From Burkholderiaceae bacterium (GTDB taxonomy: Bacteria; Pseudomonadota; Gammaproteobacteria; Burkholderiales; Burkholderiaceae_C), in assembly GCA_049297615.1 (NCBI GenBank), contig JBAQUQ010000047.1, positions 749-64,748 of the forward strand: a stretch of 64,000 nucleotides of DNA. The letters are read 5' to 3'. The translations under genes were made by a program, and so were the position numbers. The notes under the pieces are model-generated. The model was not told the origin of the DNA. It made no database searches and worked only from the letters and a program-made list of their open reading frames with translations. The first letter of the stretch is position 1; the number at the start of each line of letters is the position of its first letter. Of the stretch, positions 1 through 10,336 are shown piece after piece.

Positions 1-1003
<1,003 letters not shown>

Positions 1004-1119
1004 CTAGATTCTGGTTAGCCGGCTTGCGCCGGAGGATTCTTTTGTCTGCGGCCGGGCCTTCGGCCCTTGACTTCGCTGCGCGAAGTTAGCCTTCGACGGA
1101 AGAAGCAAGCGCGCTGCGC

Positions 1120-1413
1120 TTACTTCTTCTCGACGACGGCGAAGAGGTCTTCTTCGCGCATCACCAGCAGTTCATCGCCGTCGACCTTGACGGTCTGGCC
1201 GCTGTACTTGCCGAACAAGACACGGTCACCGGTCTTGACGTTCAGCGCGATGAAGTCGCCCTTTTCGTTGCGCTTGCCGGGGCCCACCGCGAGCACTTCA
1301 CCCTGGTCGGGCTTCTCGGCTGCGTTGTCGGGAATCACGATTCCCGAAGCGGTCTTGGTTTCTTGTTCTAGGCGTTTAACGATCACGCGATCGTGCAACG
1401 GACGAAGTTTCAT
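1120..1413 (-). CDS. groES: Co-chaperonin GroES (Cpn10), 97 aa
   Basis: ORF 1120..1479; the internal Met gives [47 protein letters not shown]..., a full-length GroES signature. Start chosen at that Met (22 codons into the ORF). Confidence 0.95.
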   Translation of the reverse strand: MKLRPLHDRVIVKRLEQETKTASGIVIPDNAAEKPDQGEVLAVGPGKRNEKGDFIALNVKTGDRVLFGKYSGQTVKVDGDELLVMREEDLFAVVEKK

Positions 1414-1518
1414 GGCATCTCCTTGATGAATCGGAACTCGAAAATTACGAGGGTTTAGACTGAGTGTGCGCTCATTCACTTATCTGACAACGATCCTGCG
1501 GCGTGGGAAAAGTTGCCG

Positions 1519-1545
1519 TTAGCACTCAACATAGCCGAGTGCTAG
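1519..1545. promoter_or_regulatory. CIRCE element (HrcA operator) upstream of groES
   Basis: TTAGCACTC-aacatagcc-GAGTGCTAG compared with the consensus TTAGCACTC-N9-GAGTGCTAA (17/18). It lies about 106 nt upstream of the groES start and immediately downstream of a -10-like hexamer. Confidence 0.85.
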
Positions 1546-1554
1546 CAGGCGGAG

Positions 1555-1582
1555 TATATAGGTCCACGCCGAGCGTTTTCAA
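1555..1582 (-). promoter_or_regulatory. Putative sigma70-type groESL promoter (TTGAAA -16 nt- TATATA) directly preceding CIRCE
   Basis: The minus strand reads cTTGAAAacgctcggcgtggaccTATATActccgcctg followed by CIRCE. The geometry (operator just after the -10) is the classic HrcA arrangement. No experimental TSS is available. Confidence 0.5.
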
Positions 1583-1599
1583 GCGCGACACAATCCGGC

Positions 1600-2520
1600 A
1601 TGGGAATTCCGCAGCCGCGCAGCCGGCTCGCCTTGTATTCGAACCTGATCCGTTGGGACCGGCCGGCGGGCACCTTCTTGCTGCTGTGGCCGACCCTGTC
1701 CGCCCTTTGGATCGCAGCGCGCGGTTTTCCGGGTTGGCATTTGCTCATCGTGCTCACGGCCGGCACTTTGCTGATGCGCAGTGCCGGGTGCGCGCTGAAT
1801 GACGTGGTCGATCGCGACTTCGACAAACATGTCAAGCGCACCGCGCAGCGCCCGGTCACGAGCGGCGCAGTCAGCGTCAACGAGGCATTGCTGCTCGGCG
1901 CTGTGCTCGCCCTGCTGGCCTTTGGTCTGGTCTTGACGACCACGGTCTCAGCCGTGGCCTGGAGTTTTGTGGGGTTGGCCTTGACGGCCTTCTACCCATT
2001 CACGAAACGATTTTTCTCGATGCCTCAAGCCGTGCTCGGCGTGGCGTTCAGCTTCGGCATCCCCATGGCATTTGCAGCGGTCCTTGGCAATCATTCCTGG
2101 GCGGTGGCCGACATCGTCGGCGCCGTCCCGCCGCTGGCCTGGTGCTTGCTCCTGGGAAACCTGTTCTGGGTGCTGGCCTACGACACCGAATATGCAATGG
2201 TGGACCGCGACGACGACCTGAAGATCGGCGTCTTGACCTCGGCCATCACGCTCGGGCGTTTCGACGTCGCCTCCGTGATGTTTTGCTACGCGGTCTACCT
2301 CGCGCTTTGGGCGTGGTTCGGTGTCCACGCCGGCCTGGGCTGGCTCTACGGGGCGGCAATCTGCGGCGCTGCGTTGATCGCCGCGTGGCACTTCACGCTG
2401 ATTCGCGGCCGGACGCGCGAAGGGTGCTTTCGTGCCTTTCGCCTCAATCACTGGCTTGGATTCACCGTGCTCTGCGGCGTCGTGCTGGACTACGCGCTGG
2501 CCGACTCGCTTCAGGGGTAG
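1600..2520 (+). CDS. ubiA: 4-hydroxybenzoate polyprenyltransferase (UbiA family)
   Basis: ORF 1600..2520 contains [23 protein letters not shown] (the UbiA Asp-rich motif), multiple TM segments and a second [13 protein letters not shown] motif. Confidence 0.9.
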   Translation: MGIPQPRSRLALYSNLIRWDRPAGTFLLLWPTLSALWIAARGFPGWHLLIVLTAGTLLMRSAGCALNDVVDRDFDKHVKRTAQRPVTSGAVSVNEALLLGAVLALLAFGLVLTTTVSAVAWSFVGLALTAFYPFTKRFFSMPQAVLGVAFSFGIPMAFAAVLGNHSWAVADIVGAVPPLAWCLLLGNLFWVLAYDTEYAMVDRDDDLKIGVLTSAITLGRFDVASVMFCYAVYLALWAWFGVHAGLGWLYGAAICGAALIAAWHFTLIRGRTREGCFRAFRLNHWLGFTVLCGVVLDYALADSLQG

Positions 2521-3782
2521 AGGCCCCGTTCCTCGCGCGCAAGCAGGATGCGCTCGCAGGCCACCGCAAACGTCGCAGTGCGCAAGCTGATCTTGTGGCG
2601 GGTCGCGGTGTCCCAGATCTTGCGCAGTGCCTCGACCATGATCTTGTCGAGCCGAACATTGATTTCGTCTTCGCTCCAGAAGAAGCTGCTGAAGTCCTGA
2701 ACCCACTCGAAGTAGCTGACCGTCACGCCGCCCGCATTGCAAATGACGTCGGGCATGACCAGCACACCGCGCTCGGCGAAAACGTCGTCGGCTTCCGGCA
2801 AAGTCGGCCCATTCGCACCTTCGAGGACGAGTCTGGCCTTGATGCGATTCGCTCGGCCTGGGTCGATCTGCCCTTCGAGCGCCGCCGGAATGAGAATGTC
2901 GCAATCGACGTCCCAGAAGGCTTCGTTGTCGATTGGTTCACCGCCGGCGTGCTGCGCGATGCAGCCATCGCGGTTGAGCGTCTCGTTGACCTTGGCGATA
3001 TCGAAGCCTTTGGCATCGATTCGCGAGCCGGAGTGGTCTTGCATCGCCACCAACTTCGCGCCGGCAGCGACGAACAGCTCGGCCGCCGTGCTGCCCACAT
3101 TACCCATGCCCTGCACGGCGACTCGCGAGCCGCTCAGGTCCATGCCGAGATGCTGCGCCGCCTCGCGGCCCGTGATGAACACGCCGCGTCCCGTGGCTTT
3201 GACACGGCCCAGCGATCCCCCCAGGTGAATCGGCTTGCCGGTGACGACACCGGTGGCGGTGGCGCCGGTGTTCATCGAGTACGTATCCATCATCCACGCC
3301 ATGATCTGCGCATTCGTGTTGACGTCGGGCGCAGGGATGTCGGTCTGCGGGCCGATGATGATGCCGATCTCGCTCGTGTAGCGCCGCGTCATGCGCTCGA
3401 GTTCCTTGCGCGACAGCGACTTCGGGTCGACGCGAATGCCGCCTTTCGCGCCGCCGTAAGGCAGGCCGACCCCGGCGTTCTTGATCGTCATCCAGGCGGC
3501 CAGGGCCATCACTTCTTCGAGGGTCACGTCGGGGTGATACCGCACTCCCCCTTTGCCGGGCCCGCGCGACAGGCTGTGCTGGACGCGATAACCCTCGAAG
3601 TGGCGCACGCTCCCGTCGTCCATTTCGATCGGCACATCGACGATCAAGGAACGCTTCGGGTGCTTCAGCGACTCTGCCCAGCGCGCCAGGCTGCCGAGGT
3701 AGGGAAGCACCCGGTCGACCTGGGTGAGATAGGTGTGCCAAGGGCTGGCGTCACCCGGTGAGATATAAGACAAGTAGCTCAT
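2511..3782 (-). CDS. gdhA: Glutamate dehydrogenase (Glu/Leu/Phe/Val dehydrogenase family), 423 aa
   Basis: ORF 2511..3920; the internal start gives [11 protein letters not shown].... It contains [40 protein letters not shown] (catalytic Lys box) and GMGNVG (the Rossmann glycine motif). ATG checked at 3780-3782. Confidence 0.9.
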   Translation of the reverse strand: MSYLSYISPGDASPWHTYLTQVDRVLPYLGSLARWAESLKHPKRSLIVDVPIEMDDGSVRHFEGYRVQHSLSRGPGKGGVRYHPDVTLEEVMALAAWMTIKNAGVGLPYGGAKGGIRVDPKSLSRKELERMTRRYTSEIGIIIGPQTDIPAPDVNTNAQIMAWMMDTYSMNTGATATGVVTGKPIHLGGSLGRVKATGRGVFITGREAAQHLGMDLSGSRVAVQGMGNVGSTAAELFVAAGAKLVAMQDHSGSRIDAKGFDIAKVNETLNRDGCIAQHAGGEPIDNEAFWDVDCDILIPAALEGQIDPGRANRIKARLVLEGANGPTLPEADDVFAERGVLVMPDVICNAGGVTVSYFEWVQDFSSFFWSEDEINVRLDKIMVEALRKIWDTATRHKISLRTATFAVACERILLAREERGLYP

Positions 3783-3808
3783 GTTTGCACCTTGGGCGCT
3801 GGACTCGA

Positions 3809-4633
3809 TCAAACAACAGGCGAATCGCCGCCGAACTGATCGCCCAGCTCCTTGGCTCGTTGTTGCGCCGCCTTCAACGCTGCCACAAAGGCAGACTTGA
3901 CGCCATGTGCTTCCAGGCAAAGCAGAGCTGCGTGGGTCGTGCCGCCTCTGGAGGTGACCCGCTCGCGCAGGGTTGCGGGCGTCTCGGGCGAAGCCTGGGC
4001 GAGCGCCGTGGCGCCGGAAAACGTGGCGAGTGCGAGCTTGCGGCCGACGTCGCCACTCAAGCCCATCTCCGTCGCAGCTTGCACCATCGCCTCGATGAAA
4101 TAGAACACATAGGCCGGGCCGGAGCCCGACAGCGCGGTCACGGCGTCGAGATCACCTTCTGCTTGAACCCACAGCGTCACCCCGGTGGCGCCGAGCACCT
4201 GCTCGGTCAAGGCGCGCTCGGCAGCTGTCACCGCCGCCGGCGCATACAGGGCTGCTATACCTCGTCCGATCAGGGCCGGCGTGTTGGGCATGGCACGTAC
4301 CACCCGCGTAGTGTCCAATGCGCGGGCGATGGCCGCGATACGAATGCCGGCCATGACGCTGAGTTGCAATGCCGCGCCAATATGCTCGCAGCAGTCTCGG
4401 GCCGCCGCCGCGAACACTTGCGGCTTGACGGCCCAGACGACGAGATCGGCACCGGCAAGGCTCGAATCGGTAGCCGCCTGGCTCGACACCCCGAACTCGC
4501 TGCGCAGTTTGCCGCGCTTGTCGGCGTCGGGGTCAATCACATGCAACGCAGCCGCCGCATGGCCCTGCTTCAACAAACCGCTGATGACGGCGCCGGCCAT
4601 ATTGCCGCCACCGACGAAGATGATGCGTTGCAT
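3809..4633 (-). CDS. proC: Pyrroline-5-carboxylate reductase
   Basis: ORF 3809..4768; the internal start gives [21 protein letters not shown]... (the ProC N-terminal Rossmann motif), with C-terminal [10 protein letters not shown]. It lies downstream of yggS as in many bacteria. Confidence 0.9.
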   Translation of the reverse strand: MQRIIFVGGGNMAGAVISGLLKQGHAAAALHVIDPDADKRGKLRSEFGVSSQAATDSSLAGADLVVWAVKPQVFAAAARDCCEHIGAALQLSVMAGIRIAAIARALDTTRVVRAMPNTPALIGRGIAALYAPAAVTAAERALTEQVLGATGVTLWVQAEGDLDAVTALSGSGPAYVFYFIEAMVQAATEMGLSGDVGRKLALATFSGATALAQASPETPATLRERVTSRGGTTHAALLCLEAHGVKSAFVAALKAAQQRAKELGDQFGGDSPVV

Positions 4634-4694
4634 CACGCCAGTGTACGCACCCGGTCGCTCCGATGATTGCTGCGCCGATCGCTGCTCCGATCGA

Positions 4695-5423
4695 TCACCC
4701 CGGGTCGGCGTCCGGGCGGGGCGATGGGTGGGCTTGCTCGCGTTCGCCGAAGATTGCGGTACCCACACGAATCAGGGTGGCGCCCTCCAAAATTGCGGCC
4801 TCGAGGTCGGCTGTCATGCCCATCGACAAGGTATCGAGTGCCAGACCTTGCGCGTTCAGGCCCTCCCACAGCTCGCGCAAGGCACGGTGCGGGGTGCGTT
4901 GTGCGGCGAGGTCCGGCAGCGCTTGCGCAATCGCCATCAAGCCCCGCAGGCGCAGGCCTGGCAGTTGCCGTACGGAGCGCGCGAGAGCGGCCACTTCGCC
5001 GGGTGCCACTCCCGATTTGCTGGGCTGTGCACCGATGTTGACTTGCAGGCAGACTTGCAAGGGCTCGCGCCCGGCGGGGCGCTGCTCACTCAGACGCCGT
5101 GCCACCTTAATCCTATCAATGGTGTGGACCCAATCGAAATGCTCGGCGATCGATCGTGTCTTGTTCGCCTGCAAGGGGCCGATCATGTGCCATGTCATGT
5201 GGCTTCGCAGGTCGGCCAGGGCGTCGATCTTCGCGCACCCTTCCTGGGCATAGTTCTCGCCGAAGTGGCACTCGCCAGCTTCATAGGCCTCACGCAGCGC
5301 AGCCGCCCGGGCGGTCTTGCTCACGCACAGCAATGTGACGCTTCGCACGGGCCGGCCCGCCGCCAGGCACGCCTGGGCGATGCGCTGTCGAACCGTGCCG
5401 ATGTTGTCTGCGATCCTCGTCAT
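4695..5423 (-). CDS. yggS: YggS-family pyridoxal-phosphate homeostasis protein
   Basis: ORF 4695..5423 contains VTLLCVSKT (the PLP lysine), HFGENYAQE, HMIGPLQANK and LSMGMTADLEAAI, which are YggS/PLPBP hallmarks. Confidence 0.9.
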   Translation of the reverse strand: MTRIADNIGTVRQRIAQACLAAGRPVRSVTLLCVSKTARAAALREAYEAGECHFGENYAQEGCAKIDALADLRSHMTWHMIGPLQANKTRSIAEHFDWVHTIDRIKVARRLSEQRPAGREPLQVCLQVNIGAQPSKSGVAPGEVAALARSVRQLPGLRLRGLMAIAQALPDLAAQRTPHRALRELWEGLNAQGLALDTLSMGMTADLEAAILEGATLIRVGTAIFGEREQAHPSPRPDADPG

Positions 5424-5503
5424 AATTCGCCCGGAGTATCGCGTGCGCGCGGCACCTCGCGCTCGACGCGTCGACCCGGCTGCCGATCAACTTTGCGGAC
5501 ATC

Positions 5504-6547
5504 ATGGACATCACCCAACTGCTCGCGTTTTCGGTCAAGAACAAGGCGTCGGACCTGCACCTTTCGTCAGGTCTACCGCCGATGATCCGGGTGCACGGCG
5601 ACGTGCGCAGAATCAACATCGATGCCTTGGACCACAAGCAGGTCCACGACATGGTGTACGACATCATGAACGATTCGCAGCGCAAGTCCTACGAAGAGGT
5701 CCTCGAGTGCGATTTTTCATTCGAGATCCAGGGTCTGGCGCGATTTCGCGTGAACGCGTTCAACCAGAACCGCGGGGCCGCGGCCGTGTTCCGCACGATT
5801 CCTTCGAAAATCCTCACTCTCGAGCAGCTCAACACGCCGAAGATTTTTGCCGAGCTGGCGATGAAGCCGCGCGGCCTGGTGCTTTGCACCGGCCCCACCG
5901 GTTCGGGCAAGTCGACCACCCTGGCCGCGATGGTGAACCACCTCAACGAAAACGAATTCGGCCACGTCTTGACGGTCGAGGACCCGATCGAATTCGTGCA
6001 CGAGTCGAAGAAGTGCCTGATCAACCAGCGCGAAGTCGGCCCGCACACCTTGAGCTTTGCCAATGCGCTGCGCTCTGCCTTGCGTGAGGATCCGGACGCC
6101 ATCCTGGTGGGTGAAATGCGCGACCTGGAAACGATCCGGCTGGCCTTGACGGCTGCCGAGACCGGGCACTTGGTGTTCGGTACGCTGCACACCTCGAGTG
6201 CCGCCAAGACGGTAGACCGAATCGTCGACGTTTTCCCCGCGGCGGAGAAGGATATGGTGCGCGCCATGCTGTCCGAGTCGGTGATCGGCGTGATTTCGCA
6301 GACTCTGTGCAAACTCAAGGACGGGTCGGGTCGGGTCGCAGCACACGAGATCATGCTCGGTACGGCGGCGATTCGAAACCTGATCCGGGAAAACAAGGTC
6401 GCCCAGATGTATTCGTCGATCCAAACCGGCAACAACATGGGGATGCAGACGCTGGACCAGAACCTGGCCGACCTGGTGCGCCGCAATGTGGTCACGCCGG
6501 CGGAGGCGCGCACCAAGGCCAAGTTCCCGGAAAACTTCCCCGGCTGA
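5504..6547 (+). CDS. pilT: Type IV pilus retraction ATPase PilT
   Basis: ORF 5504..6547 begins MDITQLLAFSVKNKASDLHLSSGLPPMIRVHGD and contains the Walker A motif GPTGSGKSTT, AHxxxLREDPD-like REDPDAILVGEMRD and GHLVFGTLHT. Confidence 0.93.
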   Translation: MDITQLLAFSVKNKASDLHLSSGLPPMIRVHGDVRRINIDALDHKQVHDMVYDIMNDSQRKSYEEVLECDFSFEIQGLARFRVNAFNQNRGAAAVFRTIPSKILTLEQLNTPKIFAELAMKPRGLVLCTGPTGSGKSTTLAAMVNHLNENEFGHVLTVEDPIEFVHESKKCLINQREVGPHTLSFANALRSALREDPDAILVGEMRDLETIRLALTAAETGHLVFGTLHTSSAAKTVDRIVDVFPAAEKDMVRAMLSESVIGVISQTLCKLKDGSGRVAAHEIMLGTAAIRNLIRENKVAQMYSSIQTGNNMGMQTLDQNLADLVRRNVVTPAEARTKAKFPENFPG

Positions 6548-6633
6548 TATTGCGGACCGGGCGCCGATACTGAACCGGCTCGCCGTTGCCGACCCGCCGC
6601 GGCGCCCTTGCCCCACTCTCACAGGACAGCCAA

Positions 6634-7770
6634 ATGGAAAGAGACCAAGCCTCCAAGTTCGTCAACGATCTGCTGCGCCTGATGATCACGCGCGGCGGCT
6701 CGGACCTGTTCCTCACGGTTGACTTTCCGCCCGCCATCAAGGTCGACGGCAAGGTAACCAAAGTCTCGCCGCAGCCGCTCACGGGTCAACACACGATGGC
6801 GTTGGCGCGCTCCGTGATGAACGACAAGCAGGCGGCGGAATTCGAAAGAACCAAGGAGTGCAATTTCGCCATCGCCCCGCAGGGGGTGGGTCGCTTTCGC
6901 GTGAATGCCTTTATTCAGCAGGGCCATGTGGGCCTGGTGCTCAGAACCATCCCGCAAGTGCTGCCGACGATCGACAGCATGAACCTGCCGCAAATCCTCA
7001 AAGACGTCGCCTTGACGAAGCGGGGCCTGGTGATCTTGGTGGGCGCTACCGGCTCGGGCAAGAGCACGTCGCTGGCGGCGCTCGTCGACCACCGCAACGA
7101 AAACTCCTATGGCCACATCATCACGATCGAGGACCCGGTGGAGTTCGTGCACATGCACAAGAACTGTGTCATCACGCAGCGCGAGGTCGGCATCGACACC
7201 GATGGCTGGGCGCAGGCGCTGAAGAACACCCTTCGTCAGGCACCCGACGTCATCCTGATGGGCGAAATTCGCGATCGCGAAACCATGGAACACGCCGTGG
7301 CGTTTGCCGAGACCGGCCATCTGTGCCTGGCCACATTGCATGCCAACAGTTCCAACCAGGCGCTGGACCGCATCATCAACTTTTTCCCCGAAGAACGCCG
7401 TTCCCAGTTGCTGATGGACTTGGCGCTCAACCTCAAGGGATTGATCTCGCAGCGGCTCCTGCCTCGCCAAGAGGGCAAGGGCCGGGTCGCTGCGGTGGAA
7501 ATCATGCTGAATACGCCCTTGATTTCCGATCTGATCAACAAGGGCGAAGTGACCGAGATCAAGGAACTGATGAAGCGCTCGCGCGAACTCGGCATGCAGA
7601 CCTTCGACCAGGCCCTGTTCGATCTCTACGAGAACCAGTTGGTGACCTACAACGATGCGGTGCGCAACGCCGATTCCGTGAACGACCTGCGCCTGCAAAT
7701 CAAACTTCACAGCCAGCGCGCCCGCAACGTCGACCTGGCCGCAGGCACCGAGCACTTGACCATTGTCTGA
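6634..7770 (+). CDS. pilU: PilT-paralogue ATPase PilU
   Basis: ORF 6586..7770; start chosen at MERDQASKFVNDLLRLM. It contains GATGSGKSTS, QAPDVILMGEIRD and GHLCLATLHA, and it directly follows pilT. Confidence 0.88.
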   Translation: MERDQASKFVNDLLRLMITRGGSDLFLTVDFPPAIKVDGKVTKVSPQPLTGQHTMALARSVMNDKQAAEFERTKECNFAIAPQGVGRFRVNAFIQQGHVGLVLRTIPQVLPTIDSMNLPQILKDVALTKRGLVILVGATGSGKSTSLAALVDHRNENSYGHIITIEDPVEFVHMHKNCVITQREVGIDTDGWAQALKNTLRQAPDVILMGEIRDRETMEHAVAFAETGHLCLATLHANSSNQALDRIINFFPEERRSQLLMDLALNLKGLISQRLLPRQEGKGRVAAVEIMLNTPLISDLINKGEVTEIKELMKRSRELGMQTFDQALFDLYENQLVTYNDAVRNADSVNDLRLQIKLHSQRARNVDLAAGTEHLTIV

Positions 7771-7783
7771 AGGCGCTCGCGCC

Positions 7784-8677
7784 ATGTCGAGCAAGTCCTA
7801 CGACGCGGTGACGCCGCGGCGCGTCGCCTTCATCGGACTGGGCGTGATGGGTTATCCGATGGCCGCTCACCTGGCGCGCGCCGGCCATCGCGTCACGGTC
7901 TACAACCGCACGAACGCGAAAGCGCAGGCCTGGGTCGCCGAGCATGGCGGCGCACTTGCATTGACGCCCAAAGCCGCGGCCATGCAGGCCGACATCGTTT
8001 TTTCATGCGTCGGCAACGACGCCGACCTGCGCAGCGTTGTGCTGGGCGATCGCGGCGCATTCGGCGCGATGCTACCTGGCGCGGTCTTTGTCGATCACAC
8101 CACGGCTTCGGCCGAGGTGGCCCGCGAACTCAGCGCCAACGCGACCACCCGTGGCGTCAGTTTTATCGATGCGCCGGTCTCGGGCGGCAACATCGGCGCC
8201 GTCAACGGCACTTTGACCGTCATGTGCGGTGGCGACGCTGCCGGATTTGAGACGATGCGCCCCGTGGCGCTGGCCTACGCGAAGGCCGTGACCCGAATCG
8301 GCTCGAGCGGCGCGGGTCAGCTCGCCAAGATGGTCAATCAGACCGCGATCGCCGGCCTGCTGCAAGGCCTGTCGGAAGCCATTGCCTTCGGCGAGAAGGC
8401 GGGCCTGGACATGAAGTTGGTGCTCGACGTGATCGGCAAAGGAGCCGCCCAGAGTTGGCAGCTCGACAACCGCGGCCCGACGATGCTCGAGGGCCGATTC
8501 GACTTCGGATTTGCCGTCGACCTGATGCGCAAGGATCTGCGACTCTTGTTCGACGAAGCCAAGCGCAACGGCGCCCGCTTGCCCGTCACCGCCCTTGTCG
8601 ACCAGTTCTATGCCGACGTGCAGGCGCAAGGCGGAAGCCGCCTCGACACGTCGAGCCTCGTCCAGCGCCTGCGATAG
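7784..8677 (+). CDS. NAD(P)-dependent beta-hydroxyacid dehydrogenase (3-hydroxyisobutyrate dehydrogenase / tartronate semialdehyde reductase family)
   Basis: ORF 7763..8677 contains VAFIGLGVMGYPMAAHL (the GxGxxG motif), FIDAPVSGG and GSGAGQLAKMVNQ. Start taken at the second Met (MSSKSY); the first Met would overlap pilU. Confidence 0.8.
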   Translation: MSSKSYDAVTPRRVAFIGLGVMGYPMAAHLARAGHRVTVYNRTNAKAQAWVAEHGGALALTPKAAAMQADIVFSCVGNDADLRSVVLGDRGAFGAMLPGAVFVDHTTASAEVARELSANATTRGVSFIDAPVSGGNIGAVNGTLTVMCGGDAAGFETMRPVALAYAKAVTRIGSSGAGQLAKMVNQTAIAGLLQGLSEAIAFGEKAGLDMKLVLDVIGKGAAQSWQLDNRGPTMLEGRFDFGFAVDLMRKDLRLLFDEAKRNGARLPVTALVDQFYADVQAQGGSRLDTSSLVQRLR

Positions 8678-8692
8678 GGACGCCCGGGTACC

Positions 8693-9322
8693 TTACTTGG
8701 TCGCGGCTTTGGGTTGAATCGCCTCGAGCTCGGCCTCGCTCAGCAAGTCGAAGACTCGCACGACCTTGACCACGCCGCTGACGCCGCGCGCCACATTGGC
8801 CGCCTGCGTGGCTTCACGCTCCGTCACCCGCCCCAGCAAGTAGACGATGCCACGCTCAGTGACCACTTTGATCGAGTTCGCGTAAAGCCCTTTCGTGTCG
8901 ACGATGCTCGCCTTGACCTTGGCCGAGAGCAGCGCATCGTTGGACCGCATGCTGAGCGAGGCCGAACCCATGACGGCCAACTCGTTGACGACGAATCGTA
9001 CGCCGTCAACGCGCGACACCGCCTGTTCGACGGCTGCCTTGTCGGACTCCGTGGCAACGTCGCCCGTCAGCAGTACGAGCCGGTTGTAGCTCGTGACGGT
9101 GACCTTGCCGCGCTCGCCGAGCAGTTCGCCAATCCGGCTCCCGGCCTTGCCATCGATCAACTGGTCTTCGAGCTGGGTCGCCGAACTTCTGCGATCGCTG
9201 GCGACCAATGTTCCGCCGACGACCGCGCCGCCCAGAAGCAGGGCCGCGCATCCGCCCAGATTGAATGCGCCGAGTGTCCCGGCCAAGGTGAACAAGGCGC
9301 TGCGCCGCCAGAGACTCGTCAT
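8693..9322 (-). CDS. dolP: BON-domain outer-membrane lipoprotein (DolP/YraP-like)
   Basis: ORF 8693..9322 has a signal peptide with an LGGC lipobox and two BON-like repeats (VTSYNRLVLLTGDV..., VVTERGIVYLLGRV...). It sits in the conserved yraN-diaA-dolP position, and its ATG overlaps the upstream stop (ATGA). Confidence 0.8.
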   Translation of the reverse strand: MTSLWRRSALFTLAGTLGAFNLGGCAALLLGGAVVGGTLVASDRRSSATQLEDQLIDGKAGSRIGELLGERGKVTVTSYNRLVLLTGDVATESDKAAVEQAVSRVDGVRFVVNELAVMGSASLSMRSNDALLSAKVKASIVDTKGLYANSIKVVTERGIVYLLGRVTEREATQAANVARGVSGVVKVVRVFDLLSEAELEAIQPKAATK

Positions 9323-9915
9323 GAATTCTCCTGTTCGCCCAAGAGCTGGTTGTCCACTGCATCACAAAGGCAGTGCAGGGTCAGGATATGCACTTCCTGG
9401 ATGCGCGCCGTGCGCTCGTGCGGCACACAGATGTGCACGTCGGTGTCGAGCAAAAGCTCGCGAATCTTGCCGCCGCCGCGCCCGGTCAGCGCCACTACGC
9501 TCATTTCCTTGGCATGCGCGGCCAGCACCGCGGCGACGACGTTTGCCGAATTGCCGCCGGTGCTGATGGCGATCAAGACGTCACCCGGCGCGCCCAAGGC
9601 CTCGACCTGCTTGGCGAAGACGGCCTCGAAGGAATAGTCGTTTCCGATCGCCGTGATGATCGAGGTGTCGGTCGTGAGTGCGATCGCCGCCAAACCCGGG
9701 CGCTCGCGCTCGAAACGCCCGACGAATTCAGCCGCGAAATGTTGTGCGTCGCTGGCCGAGCCACCGTTGCCGCACGCCAGCACCTTGCCCCCGCCGGTGA
9801 TGCAGGCGACCAGGGTAGCGACCGCCTGCGCGATCGGCCGGGCGAGCATCTCGGCGGCCGCATATTTCAAGTCGGCGCTGTCGAAGAACTGTTTTTGAAT
9901 ACGCTGCTCGAGCAT
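9319..9915 (-). CDS. diaA: SIS-domain protein, DiaA / phosphoheptose-isomerase-like
   Basis: ORF 9319..9981; the internal start gives MLEQRIQKQFFDSADLKY. It contains GKVLACGNGGSASDAQHFAAEF and ISTGGNSANV, which are SIS/GmhA-DiaA motifs. Its position between yraN and dolP matches the E. coli yraN-diaA-dolP order. Confidence 0.8.
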   Translation of the reverse strand: MLEQRIQKQFFDSADLKYAAAEMLARPIAQAVATLVACITGGGKVLACGNGGSASDAQHFAAEFVGRFERERPGLAAIALTTDTSIITAIGNDYSFEAVFAKQVEALGAPGDVLIAISTGGNSANVVAAVLAAHAKEMSVVALTGRGGGKIRELLLDTDVHICVPHERTARIQEVHILTLHCLCDAVDNQLLGEQENS

Positions 9916-9970
9916 GGCTGGAATGATATGGCATGGCCAGGCAGGCGCGCCCGCAACCGGGGCCACACCG

Positions 9971-10336
9971 TCACTGCGCATCGAACGCGGCGCGCAACCA
10001 CTGAAGGTGGCCAGCGTCGATCGCTACCACATCGAAGCGGCATGGCGGCAATGTGCTCAGCCCGCGAAGGAAATGTGTCGCAGCCAGCACCACGCTGCGG
10101 CGCTTGGCGCTGGCGATGCTCGCCGCTGCGCCGCCTGAGGAATTCTGTCCCCGCAACCGCACCTCGACGAACACCAGGGTGCCGTCCGGCTCGCGCATGA
10201 TCAGGTCGATCTCGCCGCCGCGGCTTCGCGGCCCCCGCGCGACCCGATAATTGCGCCGCACGAGGCTCAGGCCCTGCCGCTGCAAATGCGCCAGCGCTTG
10301 TGCCTCGCCGGCGTCACCCGTTTCCTTTGACGTCAT
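9971..10336 (-). CDS. yraN: YraN family (UPF0102) predicted endonuclease
   Basis: ORF 9971..10351 contains GEAQALAHLQRQGLSLVRRNYR...GEIDLIMREPDGTLVFVEVRLR, a YraN-type PD-(D/E)xK core. ATG at 10336; an upstream GTG at 10351 is also possible. Confidence 0.8.
   Translation of the reverse strand: MTSKETGDAGEAQALAHLQRQGLSLVRRNYRVARGPRSRGGEIDLIMREPDGTLVFVEVRLRGQNSSGGAAASIASAKRRSVVLAATHFLRGLSTLPPCRFDVVAIDAGHLQWLRAAFDAQ

Noticed and set aside
1546-1582. A sigma32 heat-shock promoter (CTTGAAA ... CCCCATnT) for groES.
   Set aside because: The -35 (CTTGAAA) fits, but the downstream element is CCTATATA, which matches the sigma32 -10 poorly. A sigma70 reading (TTGAAA-16-TATATA) fits better. A sigma32 contribution cannot be excluded.
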